From Malacoraja senta (lineage: Eukaryota): 64,000 nt of DNA. Position numbers and translations under genes: made by a program. The DNA lies in NCBI GenBank assembly GCA_038087875.1, contig CM075998.1:1862001-1926000 (forward strand), written 5' to 3'. Shown piece by piece: positions 49,830 through 63,638 of the stretch; position 1 is the first letter of the stretch, and each line of letters opens with the position of its first letter. The notes beneath the pieces are model-generated. The model was given only the letters and a program-made list of their open reading frames with translations, did not search any database and was not told where the DNA came from.

Positions 49830-50170
49830 ATGTCCCACCCGGGTCATTCCTCTTGCTCCTATGCCTGTTGGGCAGAAGCTTGAAAGCGTGCACCACCAGA
49901 CTCTGGAACAGCTTCTTCCCCTCCATTATCAGCCTTCTGAACAGTCCTTGATTTGCCTCTACCCCATTGTGTATATTGGTATTTTTTTTCCTATGCAACT
50001 GGTGTGCTACAATGCTGAGAACTATATTCTGCACTCTGTATTTTCCCCTATGCTCTACCTATTGCACTTGAGTTTGATTTAAATTGTATTTATGTATAGT
50101 ATTATCTGTTTGGTGCAAAAACAAAGTGTTTCATTGTACTTCAATGTACATGACAATTATAAACCCAAAC
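49830..50170 (+). mobile_element. Rex1/Babar-like LINE 3' end
   Basis: GRSLKACTTRLWNSFFPSIISLLN plus a UTR like 29430-29870. Confidence 0.7.
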
Positions 50171-50729
50171 CTCTGGCAGTAAACACAATTTAGTAATGAA
50201 CATATAAAATTTGCGAATGTTCATTATAATGGGCAATTGGGGGTTGAGCAGTGATATACAGTGGCAAATATCTTGTCGGTGCCTTGGAGAGAAGCCTGAT
50301 GATGTGTTGGGAAATAAATTATTTCAAACCAAAATGTGTGCAGAAAAAACACAAAGTAAGAATTTGGGGAGTAGACAGGAAGATGTTGCAATTATTTCAT
50401 AAAATTGTGGTCAAAATAGTGGCTAATACCTTACCTCCGAGCTTTGATCTGGAATGGGGGATAAAAGTGCTGAATGGAAACTGGATCCATTAACTTCAGA
50501 CATGGGTAGAAAATTATATAGCTATTGAGAGATTTTACAGCAAACTGTTTGAGCAAGGTCAGTGCAGGTATTATTGTATCAAAATCTATGATATGGATGT
50601 CTATTCTTCCATTGTTCATGCCGGTCATAGAAGAGCCTAATCTTGCCTTGAGCACTAGATTTGTATTGTGCAGCTCACAGCTCTTCAAGCACGCACCCCA
50701 GGTCATTTATACAGGTGGTGAAAGTTTCT

Positions 50730-52060
50730 GTCTCACCTGTCCTGTGAGGGAGAGAGTTCCAGATCCCAACCACTCTGGATGAAAATATTTTTCCTTGTTC
50801 TCTTCTCTAATCCTGAGCCTCCAGATTTGAGTCTTCTCTGCTAAGAGAACTAGGCCCTTGCTATTTTCTCTGAGGCCCCTCGTCATTTTACATGGCTCCT
50901 TTAAATCTCCCTTCAACCTGCTTTTTTCCCCAAAGGAAAGAATCCTAGCTGATCCAATCTTTCTTCTTGGCTACAATTTTAGTCTTCACAACATCTTTGT
51001 AAATCACCTCTGTGTTTTTGGTGTAAGCTCAGCATTCCTGCTATATGGGCAGTGCAATACTTATTGGTCTAACATGTTATGCATGTAGTTCCAGCTTAAC
51101 CTTCCTGCTGTTGTATTCTGTGCCTCATTCGTTAAAGCATCCCATATGCCAAATCCCACCTTATTGACCCATTTTCTTGCCTTAAAGGATCTGAGGGTGT
51201 GCACTCTGTTCCTTTTTCCTCCACACCACTCAATATATTGCCTTTCCTTATCGTATTACACCCATGCAAATGATCACCTCACTTTTATGGATTCATTTCC
51301 ACTTAACACTCCTCTTCCTGCATCTATATTTTCCTGTAATCTAAAGCTGTCCTCTTAACTGTCAACCATATGGCTTTTTTTTTCATCATCTGGAAATTTC
51401 TATCTCCTATTCCCAACATACGAGTCTAAGATATGGACATATTAGAAAACAAAATGGACAAGTACTGAACCCTGTGGCCTTTGTTGCAAAACAACTGTCT
51501 ACCATTGCTTCCTGTCATGAAAGATAGACATAAAAATCTGGAGCAACTCAGAGGGACAGGCAGCATCTCTGAAGAGGATTGGGTGATGTTTCGGGTCGAG
51601 ACTCTTCAGACTAGTTAGGGAAAAGGGTAACGAGAGATGTAGACGATGATGTTGCAGAACTCTCATCTGGGAGCTTCCTGTCAGTCACTAAGTTAGTTTT
51701 GGATCCCGTTTGCAACCCTCCGTTTCCCCATAGGGTTTTACCTTCCTGATGGAACATTGTCAAGAGCCAAGTTGCTGAAGTCCATGTAGACATGATCAAA
51801 CCAAGTTCATTTGATCACCGCAACGAATTTAATCAAGGTCATCAGACAGGCCCTTCCTTTCACAATTCTGAGGGGCTGTCCCTGATTTAATCTGAGCTGT
51901 TCTAATTGGACCATTTTCTCCCCCTTAAAATCATTGCAACACTTATCCCACTGATGTTGAACTAACTGATTTGTAATTACTTAATTTGTTCCCTTTATAA
52001 ACAACAGTATGTTAGCTGTCCTTCAAACCCCTGGCACAACTCCTGTAGCCAAGGAGCCCT
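50730..52060 (-). mobile_element. Old CR1-like LINE remnant with a Penelope-derived insert at about 51524-51660
   Basis: Degenerate similarity to the CR1 copies (GDL..., FHPEWLG). Boundaries are uncertain. Confidence 0.5.
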
Positions 52061-54634
52061 TTTGTAATGCTGGTAAATTGATTTGGTACCACGTGTGTTA
52101 AATCTCTAAAACCCTGAACAGTTTGTTTTCCAAAGAACTGCAGCAAAATCTATTAGCAGTTAAGCTTCTGAGTGATTTTATTTTATTGCCATAAAGTCTA
52201 CATTTGAACAAAGACTGGCTTGTTCTTAGAGAAAAAGGTTGCAGTTATTTTAAAAAGGTCTGCTCTTGGCCCAGACATCTGAAGCATTTATTTTAATTTA
52301 AAACTTCACATCTTAGAATGGCTTGTTGTAAGGTGGTAAAAATCAATGTTGCTTGAATGTCAAAACTGGCAGGGTTGTGTGAATCGTTGCACTTTTTCTG
52401 GTATATTTTATCCAATGTTTTTGCAAACGGTCACGTTAATGTTAAAAAAATAATAATTGGGAGCAACTGGACTAACTTGTGTTTTACCCGAATTACTTTT
52501 GGGAGTAATCCTTTAAGATATTGACAAATTTCTAAATTTGTGGTTAAAGATTTACTAACACGACGTGCATGAACCATTGAAATCTGTGGCTCAGTAGCAT
52601 GTAAATTGTGAGATGTTTTTACAATGTATAACATTAGCATACCACTTAAAAATGAGATTGGAGAAAGAATGGATTGTACTCCCAACAAATTTAAGGCTAT
52701 GTGGAAAAGAATCTGTATTGGACCAAAAAATGGGTGAGTGAGTAGGACTTAATGGGCAACTCAGGCAGATTTTAGGATTCAATTTATAAACGGAGTGCCT
52801 CAGCCAGGTGTTTTTTGATACTCTGCACGCGCATTGATAGCATTTGAATTTTAAAGACGCTCCCGTTTATATTTGGTTCCTCTGCAATGTCTGCTCAGAT
52901 GATGAACTCTTAATTACTGTCAACCTAATATCTAATCTCTATCTAAAATATAATGCCAATTAATTCTGGATTAGGGGAAATATAAAGTTAGTTTTCACGT
53001 ATAGTAATTAAAAGGTGAAGGAAACTTGCCTGGATACAGACATCATGGTTTCCTCCCGAAAGGCCAACACCACGTGATTGCCTTTGAAAGTGTTGCTATT
53101 CTGATTCTAGACATTTAGTTACAGATAATTGGGTTTTTTGCCCAACCTCAACTATGTCCCAATTACTTTCCTTTGTTGGAGTTGCTTTGTGTAGAGATTA
53201 TTATAGTGTCTCCTGTCATTTGATTCCAGTCAGAAATAAATGAAACTAGGACGGTCACTTGTCGCAGAAGATGGAGGCACGGAATGACTGTTTTAAAAAT
53301 GGATCGTTGTAAAGCAAATGATTCATATTTGGTAAAAATAAATTCTATCTTAGCTTTGTGTGGTTACAACTTATTTTCATCTGGTTCCGGGCACCTTTTG
53401 TGCAAGTATTAAAATGAACACCTGCAGAGACTAATTTGGTAGCTTGACTTTAACTGCTTGACCAAAAATCATTTCAAGTAATTGCACATACATTTGCAAA
53501 ATTGCTTAGATAGTTGAATAATGAAATGCATATATTGAACTCTATTTATTTTGTGTAAACTCACCACTTAATGAAATTAATGAATTATTGAGAATCCATT
53601 TTTAGTTGTGAGATAACTGCCAGCAATGATGATTTATCTTAAAACTAGTGATTTTCATGTGTAGTTGGCCACACAGTCTGCCTGATTGTTTATTAACACT
53701 TTGAGCATTTAAAATGTATTAGCATTTGACAACCTATAAACATTGGCAAAGTATAAATGTTGATTTAAAAAGATTTTTTTTTAAATCTGCAATTATGGAA
53801 GAGAAATCCTCTGAATGAAACAATATTTGATATTTAAAATTTCAGACAAGATTTGGCAGATCCACTGACATTAGTAAGTGGGGAATTAAAAAATCAAATT
53901 TTGTTTGTATCAACCAAAGTATTAATTGCTTTGTCTGAGAGGGAAATGTGGACGTGGCATAGTTTCCAAAAACAATTAGACGTTGGCATGCATTTCCTCC
54001 AAGTAAAGGAAAAGTCAGAGGTTAAGCAAACCACAAGCTGCTCAATACTGCTCTAACGTGTGTGGAATCATCTATGAAGATGACCATTCAAAGAATTGAT
54101 TTGCTTTGGTCTGCAAATAGAAATTGTATTTAATAACAACATATAAATTATCCAGTGGAAGTATCATTCTGCCTCCATCTCAGAAACTAACTTTGATACC
54201 AATGAATTCCAAATATTAATTTTGATGTCAGTTAAGTACTATTACTTAATCATATCTGGTTATTGCCGCCTTCAAATATCCGTCAAATGTAATCCATTTA
54301 TTCTTAATGATTAATATTTTAAAGATGTTAATAAGTTCACACTGTAAATTGTGCATTAGTCCAAGTGTTTACATTTTACTTCCAAGACCATTCTTTTAAT
54401 AATTATGTGAAATAAATGAACGTTAAAATAATATGTTGCTACATTTTATCTCCTGAGCTCAAATATTCAGTGGGGAGTTGATAGGTGTCATAGGGCTGAT
54501 TTTTGTATCATTATATTTACCACACAAATAAGACCTACCTGGGGAAGGCATCCCATCTTTTCAATTTCGAAACTATTATTGATGTTGATGGTGAACAGAG
54601 AACTGTTTGATTTGGATCTTGATTAATTCGGTTG

Positions 54635-54945
54635 TTAGTCATACAGCATGGAAACAGGCCCTTCAGCCCAGCTTGCCAAGATGCACCATCTACACTCGTC
54701 CCACATACCTGTGTTTGGCCCATATGCCTCTAAACCTTTCCTATCCATGTACATGTCCAATGTCCAATTTTAAATGTTATCGTACTTGCCTCAACTGCTT
54801 CCTCTGGCAGCTCGTTTCATATGCCCACTACCTTCTGCGTGGAAAAGTTGCCCCTCCAGTTCCTATTAAATCTTTCCCCTCACCTTAAACCTCTGTTCTC
54901 GATCCCCATACTCTGGGTAAAAGTCTCTGTGCATTCACCCAATCT
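54635..54945 (-). mobile_element. CR1/HER1-like LINE 3' end
   Basis: Reverse complement of the 7341-7535 type tail and upstream coding end. Confidence 0.75.
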
Positions 54946-57494
54946 ATTTGATATTGTTTGCATTGTGCAGAATTTAGTAGATTTGGAAAGGTACTGGAGA
55001 ATGAAACTTTGTGATACTTGTCTGATTGGCCAAATGGTTATTTAAGGAACTATTTGTTAGTGCCAACCTGCATTTTATTTATCCGACGTAAAGGCATTAG
55101 ACCTCTTTGTTGTTGGAATGATAAAAGTAGGTAGCATAGTTGATCACTTTCTTAAAGCTTTTTGGCCAAAAAGTCTTCCCGAATGAAACGCCACACATCA
55201 TTATAAGCTGGTGCATGTGTCTAAAGTCAAACTAATCAAGTGTTAGATTTTTATTTTGAGGGCGCTGGCATAGAACAGGCAGGAAGTTGTGCTTTAGTTG
55301 ACTGGGCACTGGTCAGATTCCATCTGAAACACTTCAGTTTTGGACACTGCATTTCAGGGGGAGAATATTGGCACCGGAGTGGGTGCGTGTTGCAGTTGCA
55401 TCATAAATGACGTGGCTTTGAGGTTTACGTTATAATGTGCTACACATGTTTGACTTCTAATACATGAAAGGTAATGTTAAATATAGAGAAACAATGTCCT
55501 CTGACAGAATGCAGAACAATCTTAAAAATTCGACCCCCTCCGATTTAGGAGTGAATGCAAGAAACACGTTTTCAAAAAGTGCAGTGGCAATCTGGAACCT
55601 GCACGCTCAAAACTGGGCGATTAATCGATTCAAATTTGCAAGCTTTAGATCGACGTTTTTTTTAAGTGAAGGAAAGGTCAACCAGGATCTAATTGAATGG
55701 TAAACCATTGTGTAAAGCTAAATGGCTAATTCCGGTTCTGGTGTTTACGCAACTTTTCAGAACAGGTAGAGCAATTGTTGTCCTGGTTGCTGGGTGGATG
55801 CTTGTTGTTGACGTATGGTTACGTTAATTTTAACTTTGTCTCCCAACAGCTGATAACATTTGGAGAACAGGATAAAGGTTCTTGCCAAAGGGTCACTATG
55901 TTTGCCATGTTTGAGAAAGGTGGTGACTGCTGATGGCATGCATCAGAGCAGTTCTGTACGTCACAGAGCAATTTTGCATTGGGATTAGTGATATTACATA
56001 AGATTGTGTTCATGAATCATTTATCTGGATATGCAGTGACTTTTGACAGTATGTCTCAGAACATTTCTTTCTAGATGTTACAGCAATTTGATGGAGGTTG
56101 TCATTTCAATATATTACAATGTTTGATATGCATCTAAGATTCTTTTAATTCATAAATTCATTAAAAAAAATCATTTTAATTTTCCATTCTGCTGTCTTTT
56201 TATGCTTTGAAATACGACGTTTATACAGGTTGTTCCCTTCCCCTCGCCAGTTTTTGTTTCTCCCCAATTCTGAACCGACTGTGCAAGGTTTTAGAATTTA
56301 AAACTAGGACAAAATTTTGCTCAAGAATAATTGGCAGCTGAAGTTTTTCTTTTGAAGTGGATTTCAGCAGTGTTCCAGCCACATAAGGCAGCAAAAATCG
56401 CTTTAATTAATTGGGCAGTTCATTCTTGACATTGGCAGGGTGTTTATGGCAAAGACCAGTTGAATGAAAGGAGGGTTAAATAAGCCTATGACAGAACTAA
56501 TCTGTAATCCTGGTCAACCACAGCAATTGCGCCTTTCAGGAAGATATACCGTACACGTTGAACATTAATGTCACTTTTTAATGACACTGAATTTTTATTC
56601 TTGTGCAATAATGATGGGAATCTTGTTTCTGTTTTTAGCTTTGGTTCTGATTGGGGTTTGTCTTTGCACAAGTATTGCTTTCAGATCCACGAAGAATGTG
56701 TTTTAGTTTGCTGTTCTATTGTTAGGCTTGTTTGGCGTTCATGGTGCAAAAGTAAAATCCAGATTCTAAAGCGCAAGGTCGTGAATAACCAGACATTTGT
56801 GGCCAAAATGATGAGCCCATACAATGCTTTCCTTCAATGGAAGGGGATGCAATATCCTTGTTGGCAACATGACAACAGTTTTAAGTAGAAGTATTAGAGG
56901 CAGGCCAAACAGGAACTGAAGTGCACAGCTATAATGTGAAATTTGGAATACATCCAGAGTTTATTCTGAAATCCTTATAAAGATGCAAGAGTTCCAGTTC
57001 AAAACTTTCATAGAGCTGTGCAGAGTGGATTGTTCTAGAGCTACCAAGAAAGTAGGTAAGTTTCTTAACATAGAAAAATTAAGTTAGGATGCATGATTTT
57101 TGTTTTTCAATAAAGGAGCCTTTTGGCTTTAATTGTGTGAATTGTCACAATAAAAAAAGATATAGCATTTTTATATTTCAAGTAGTTTCACCATCCTGTC
57201 GTGTTTCTCCTGGCAGAACCTTATGTGGCTCAAAACTTGTAGGAAGCCTGTGTATTCCATCATTTGTTGTCATTATTGCATTATTGATTGGTTAACTTTG
57301 TAAATGGTGTGAATTGTTACTTTGTCTATTCTGTTCAATCTAAATTTTGAGTCATTCCGAGCTGTGTAGAAAAATATGCTGGTTGGTGTCCACGGCAATA
57401 CTCGGTATAAATCAGGAGTGGTCATTTTATTTCTTTGGTACTGACTTTAACAATTCTTTTGGTCTCCCGTGCTGGTGCTTAAAACCAGAGCTAG

Positions 57495-58800
57495 AATCTT
57501 GAGAGTTGTACAGCACAGAAACGAGCTCTTTGGCCCACCACATCCAATTAATTTATTGGTCCACCTTTCCTCATCCCTTATGCCCACATTAGGTTTATAC
57601 CCTTCTATGCCATGCCCATTTAAATACCTGCTTAAATATTTCTTAAACCTAGTGATTGTATCTGACTCCACCTTCTCTGGTAGGCTGTTTGAGATATCAA
57701 TCACTGAGATATCAATTCCCCCATCAGTCTGAAGAAGGGTTTCGGCCCGAAACATTGCCTATTTCCTTCGCTCCATAGATGCTGCCTCACCCGCTAAGTT
57801 TCTCCAGCATTTTTGTGTACCTACTGAGATATCAATCACTGGTTTTCCCCTCATCAACTTTAGAACTGCTTCCTCTTGCCTTTAACCTCATTTCTTTAAA
57901 CCTCTTGTTTTTGCTACCCCTGGGGAAAAGGATTCTGACTACCTGCCCTATGTATACCGCATGATTTCTGCACTGACAAATTCCATTGATACTCAATCCA
58001 ACTTTCCATCTGATTTGTATCCTGCTGTAGCCTTGGACAACTTTCAATACCCACAACACCCAACACCCATCTGCAAACTTGGCAACTATATCTTCTCCTT
58101 TCACATTCACGTCGATAATATACATCACTAACATGGTCCCAGCATTTATCTCTGTGGTACCCCACTGGTCACAGACTACCAACCCGAAAGGCATCCAGCC
58201 GATGCTGCCCTCTACTCTTGAGATGCAAGAATGTTCATCTAAGCCCTTACTACCTCCTCCCTTCTTTACCACAGCAACCTGGCATAGATCTCTCTTGGCC
58301 CTGGGGATTTATCACCCCTTGTTGCATAACATTTAGCATCTCCTCATTAATCCTGCCTTGCCCCTGATCTATCTCCCTGTGAACTCATTGTCTTCCACGT
58401 ATTCTCCAATAAGAACAGATAAGTGTAGGAAGGAACTGCAGTTGGCGATTTAAACCAAAGATAGACACAAAAAGCTGGAGTAACTCAGCAGGACAGGCAG
58501 CATCTCTGGGGAGAAGGAATGGGTGACATTTTGGGTCGAGACCCTTCTTCAGACTCTGGTCTCGACCCAAAACTTCACCCATTCCTTCTCCAGAGATTCT
58601 GTCTGTCCCGCTGAGTTACTCCAGCTTTTTATGCCTATCTTCAAGAGCAGATAAGTATTCATTTAGGACATTGCCTGGTTCCTCACATGGATTACTGCGG
58701 TACCAACTCATTCCATGGCTATGCTCTTGCTCCCAAGTACTCGTAGAATGTCCTGTGATTCTCCTTAATCTTGCCAAGGTTTAAATTCTCCTCCTTATTC
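57495..58800 (-). mobile_element. Decayed CR1-like LINE pieces with two Penelope-derived inserts (57717-57822 and 58425-58642)
   Basis: CR1 motifs (IVAKFAD, RFKKYL). Inserts have flanking repeats actgagatatcaat and aaga(a/g)cagataagt (58411-58424 / 58643-58656). Confidence 0.65.
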
Positions 58801-60473
58801 AATATGCTCCCATTCTTGTATTATAACTTTGTGCTTTGAAAAATGATAGTATAGGGTATTAGATGAGATGGAATTTGTGGTATTCCTCAGCTACTATTGA
58901 AAATCTATTAAAGCTTGTGAATTGCTTGCAGGTTAAAATCTGGAGTTTGCTTGTAATTAAAGTATTGAAAATTATGAACATTTCCTACTCTATTGCAGAC
59001 TTGCTGTCTTCATGTTAGTCTGTTTTAGCAATTAAATATATACCTAATTTTCCCAGTTCTAATTGCTATAATTATACAGACAAATGTGAAGTATTAATTC
59101 ATATGCTCACATATTCTATTGCTGTTTCCACAGGTGAGTTTTGTTTTCACCTCTCAGCTTTACTCTTTATCTACACTGCCTGAACTAAAAATATGCTAAA
59201 TATTTATGGCAGAGAGCATCCAGAGAGTGAGAGAGACACAGGCAGCCAGTGCGTTACAGTGCATGTTGGTGACTTTTTAATCAAAACTGGGAAAAAATGG
59301 TCTTCAATCTAACTAATTTGTTGATCATTTAATGGAAATTCCTTTTTCAAACCAATGCAGAAATTTGTGATTTTCTTTTCCTGAAAATCAAACTGCCCAT
59401 TGAGGATGATATTTCCTAATTTGTTTTTTTAATCTCTGAAATACATCTTATTGTTTTGAAATCAAGTTGAACTATTTTGGGCTACTGTACACTGCAGATG
59501 AAAATTAATAGCATCTTGTAAAACTTTGAGTCTTTTCTGCATTACTGGTCTGTGACTCTTTGATTTGTCTCTTTCTCGGTTCTGAATATCTGGATTACAC
59601 GGACCACCGACTTGTACATGCTGTATATTTATGGAGCTACTTAAGCACATAAAGTGTGTCCTTACCAACTTCCTCACGTATTCTTGAGTAAGGCATCTCT
59701 TGTGGCCCTTGTGCTGTACCTTGTAGCTACTGTTTCAAATTTGTATCTATTCTGTAATTTAAGTTTTAAACTTTTAAATCTATTGTGAACAAATCCATTA
59801 TTCAGGGAAGTCAAAGGCAAATCAGGATAGATGAATGTGGATCAGGAATGAAATATCCACTAGTGCTTTTGCTAATACTACATTCAACAAGCTTAGTATC
59901 TTCTGTGCTTGGTTTGCCTATTCCTGTTAAAGACCTTAATTTTTAAAAAAATGAAATTCTCTCCCTGTATCTTATGCAATGTTCCTGTTCCAACAGCCTT
60001 CCCATTAACTAAAGTGAATTGCATGATCTTGTAGAAAATTACTCTGGGACTCGAATTGCTAACTAAGTTATTTTCTTAAAACATTTGGTTAATGTCTCCG
60101 AATCACAATTTCGCTTTTTGTTCTCTTATGATCTATGAGTGTTGTTATATAGGTTTTTGCTTGGTTTATTTGCTTTTACAATTTCTCATTAAAGTGTCCA
60201 TTGTTTTCTGTGCTGTTAACACTTTCATTAAACTTCTCAATCCATTTGTTACAACGCAGCGATGACATTGCAATTTATTGACAGATGAAATGCATTATTT
60301 AGTATGCACGTTTCAGTAACTTAAGATTATTATTATATCATTTTGTGATTTTATTTTTTGCTCTTAAAACATGGTTAATTGTTCGTACATTTTTTCTGTT
60401 TACAATTTAAATAAATTGACTTAAATATTACTACATTCCTAAGATTAGAAACTGCAAAATGTCATGAGAATTG

Positions 60474-60768
60474 GGCAGTTACGGTGGCGCAGCGGTAGAG
60501 TTGCTGCTTTGCAGCGCCGGAGACCCGGGTTCCATCCCGACTACGGGTGCTGTCTGTACGGAGTTTATACGTTCCCACCGTGACCTGCGTGGGTTTTCTC
60601 CGAGATCTTCGGTTTCCTCCCACACTCCAAAGACGTACAGGTTTGTAGGTTAATTGGCTTGGTAAATGTAAAAATTGTCCCTCGTGGTGTAGGTTGGTAT
60701 TAATGTGCGGAAATCGCTGGTTGGCGCGGGCCGAAGGGCCTGTTTCCGCGCTGTAAACTAAACTAAAC
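60474..60768 (+). mobile_element. tRNA-derived SINE (HE1/V-SINE-like)
   Basis: Near full length, CpG-retaining, (taaac)n tail. Confidence 0.9.
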
Positions 60769-60889
60769 TTTTAAAAAGCCAGTTATTTAAAAACTCTAGC
60801 GCCTGGTACTTAAATCTCTCGGATCATGATAATGATACTGAATACGAGAAGGCTGGTTGATGATGGACAGCCTTGTAGCTATGACGTTT

Positions 60890-61135
60890 AGTGTTGGACA
60901 TTTTCACCCTGAGGAGAAGTTCTGACTCTCTACCCTATATGCCTCTTATAATTTTATATACTTCTATCAAGTCTCCCCTCAACCTCCAATGTTCCAGAGA
61001 AAACAATCCAAGTTTATCCAACCTCTGCATGTTGCTGAAACCCTTTGGTCCAATAGCATTCTGGTAAACCACCTCTGCACCTTTTCCAAAGCCTCCACGT
61101 CCTTCCTGTAATGGGGCGGCCAGAACTGCACGCAT
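60890..61135 (-). mobile_element. CR1-like LINE fragment
   Basis: RLDKLGLFSLEHWRLRGDLIEVYKIIRGI. Confidence 0.8.
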
Positions 61136-61689
61136 GTCCAGTTCATTTCTCATCATGGAATCCCGCTGTAGTAGATAATTGCCGCCTTGCCCCCAAAAAG
61201 TTATCTTTAAAAGAGAAAAAATGTTTGGCAACACCAGACTAAACGGCTCTAAACGTGACGCTCGTGGTCCGAGGTAATAAATAGTTAATCTTAGAAAAAA
61301 AAATCTTTGGCAGAATGTTCACATTAACAAGCATGTTCTGTACTCTGCATTACTGCAAAGTAGCTTTTCTGTGTATTTGTCCAATGTCTGTGCTACAACT
61401 TCTCTGGTACAGACTACAGAATTCTTGCATCCAAGGATCACAACCTTGGTCATCGGGGCCAATGTGTTCCCTCATTATACTAAGGCCCGCTCTACAATGT
61501 GTTCCTTTCACATTTAAAGCTGTACATTTAGATTTTGCATTGATTTAAACATGTGCTTGGTAATCATTCTTTCAGAGATGTGTTGGCAATTCAGAACGGC
61601 TGAAAGAATGTTATTGGCCAGGTAGGAAAGCAATGCAAATAAAAGTGCGAACATAGTGCTGTGCGGAAAATCCCCCCAAATTTCTATGT

Positions 61690-62188
61690 AACAGCGTCGC
61701 AGCCGTAGAGTTACTGCCTTAAGGGCCTGTCCCACTTTCACGACCTAATTCACGACCTCTGCCGAGTTTGCCCTTGACTCGTACTCGCAGCGAGGTCGTA
61801 GGAGGTCATAGGTAGGTCGTGATGCTAGTCGTAGGTACTCGTGGCATCAAGTAGGTCGGGGCGTTTTTCTAGCCTGATGAAAAATGTCCACGAGTTAAAA
61901 AAAGGTCGTGAATTAGGTCGTGAAAGTGGGACAGGCCCTTTACCACGCCAGAGACCTGGGTTTGATCGTGACTGTGCATGCTGTCTGTACGGGGTTTGTA
62001 CATTCTCCCTGTGACCACATGGATTTTCCCTGGGTGATCCTGTTTCCACCCGCACTCCAAAGACGCGTCGGCTAATTGGCATCTGTAAATTGTTCCTAGT
62101 GTGTGGGAGAGAGATGGTGATCATGTTCGGCGCAGACTTGGTCGTTTGAAGGGCCTGTTTCCACATTGTATCTCTAAACTAAACTAAA
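61690..62188 (+). mobile_element. HE1/V-SINE-like SINE interrupted by a MITE
   Basis: gtagagttactgcctta | insert | ccacgccagagacctgggtttgatc...tail. Confidence 0.8.
61722..61939. mobile_element. PIF/Harbinger-type MITE
   Basis: TIR agggcctgtcccactttcacgacctaattcacgacct. Exact TTA duplication (61719-61721 / 61940-61942) inside the SINE head. Confidence 0.88.
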
Positions 62189-62490
62189 GCCTGTTTCCTG
62201 GAAGTTGAAATTGGGACTGTCCTCTATTGCTTTCAATGCCTTTTGGTCTGAAATATCCTAATCCAGTGTACAGTAATAATTCCTTGAGTTCCATCTCCAT
62301 TTTTAACGAGAAAAAAAAGTTGGTGATTTTTTTTTATTGGGAGTGTTGTATTTACAAAACATTGAGGAAAAAGCCAAAGTTTTTCAGAAGTACCAATAGT
62401 ATCTCAAATTAGCTCCTGAACTTCATAATAGACTTCAAGCTCAAATTAGAGCACAATATAAACTAAAAATGAATCCCCTCTTCCTGACGT

Positions 62491-62706
62491 GGTAACAAGG
62501 AACTGCAGATGCTGGCTTACCAAAGAAAAGGTACAAATTGTTGGAGTAACTCAGCGGATCAGGCAGCATCACTGGAGAGCACGGATAGCTAATGTTTCAG
62601 GTTGGGACCTAGTAAGTCTGAAGAAACGTCCCAACCCAGAACGTCACCGATCCACGTTCTCCAGGATGGCTATCTGACTCGCTAAGTTACTCCAGTACAT
62701 TGTGTC
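62491..62706. mobile_element. Penelope-derived palindromic insertion
   Basis: 17-bp flanking repeat tcccct(c/t)ttcctgacgt (62474-62490 / 62707-62723). Confidence 0.8.
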
Positions 62707-62904
62707 TCCCCTTTTCCTGACGTTGATTTGATTGATCTCCCAATATTTGGCAAACTTGCTTCAGATAAGGGTGTCTGCATTGAGTGTCATTTAACAAGGG
62801 ACAAATGTACTTGAAAAGGTTCCTTGTATTTCAAAGCTTTCCATAGTTCAGAATAGTTTTTGGTTAGTTTGAATAATTCTATCAAGGTTTTATAGAGCAA
62901 CATC

Positions 62905-63298
62905 TGTGTCCCCCTCCTATATCAAAAATCTTCTAACCCACCATTCTACCTCCAGGTCCCTCAGGTCGGCCGACTTGGGGCTACTGACTATCCCGCGGTC
63001 TAGGTTTAAGCTCAGGGGTGACTGCGCTTTTGCGGTTGCAGCACCTAGACTGTGGAACAGCATCCCTCTCCTCATCAGAACTGCCCCCTCCATTGACTCC
63101 TTTAAATCGAGGCTCAAAACCTTTTTCTACTCCCTAGCGTTTTTGAGGCCCTCTGAGAGGGGGCTGTAAACAGTTTATGTATGTATTGTTAGGTCTGTGT
63201 ACCATTGTATGTAGCACATTACTGCCTGCACTGATGTACAGCACTTTGTTCAACATGAGTTTTTAAATGTGCTATGCAAATAAAATTGACTGACTGAC
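62905..63298 (+). mobile_element. L2-clade LINE 3' end
   Basis: PSYI..LL..H..SRSLRSAD..LL.IPR.....GD.AF.VAAPRLWNSIP..IR..PS...FKSRLKT, then AATAAA and a (GACT)n tail. Confidence 0.8.
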
Positions 63299-63389
63299 AA
63301 AACAATGTTTCTATATATGCATCTTCATATGAAATCATTTTCACTGATCCAATCTTTAAATTTGATTGAATCTGAACAGTTAATTTGAA

Positions 63390-63475
63390 GGTAGATAAAA
63401 ATGCTGGAGAAACTCAGCGGGTGAGGCAGCATCTATGGAGCGAAGGAATAGGTGACGTTTTGGGTCGAGACCCTT
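63390..63475 (-). mobile_element. Penelope-derived short repeat (single arm)
   Basis: 13-bp flanking repeat cag(t/c)taatttgaa (63377-63389 / 63476-63488). Confidence 0.75.
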
Positions 63476-63638
63476 CAGCTAATTTGAATGTAATTTTCTG
63501 GTTGTGGCCATTTCTTGTGGTGTTATTCCTTCAATATTGATACCAAATACCCTATCTGTGTGAAATGTTGGTGTAGCAGTGCGAAATGTAAAAGTGTAAT
63601 AGTGGAAAATTATAATTCTGTAAATCTTTCCTGAACAG

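Noticed and set aside
53271..53335. Alternative coding first exon of SPATS2 (ATG...ttg|gtaaaa)
   Set aside because: The available ATGs give a stop, phase 0 or phase 2. None fits the phase-1 acceptor at 63639, and the donor is weak.
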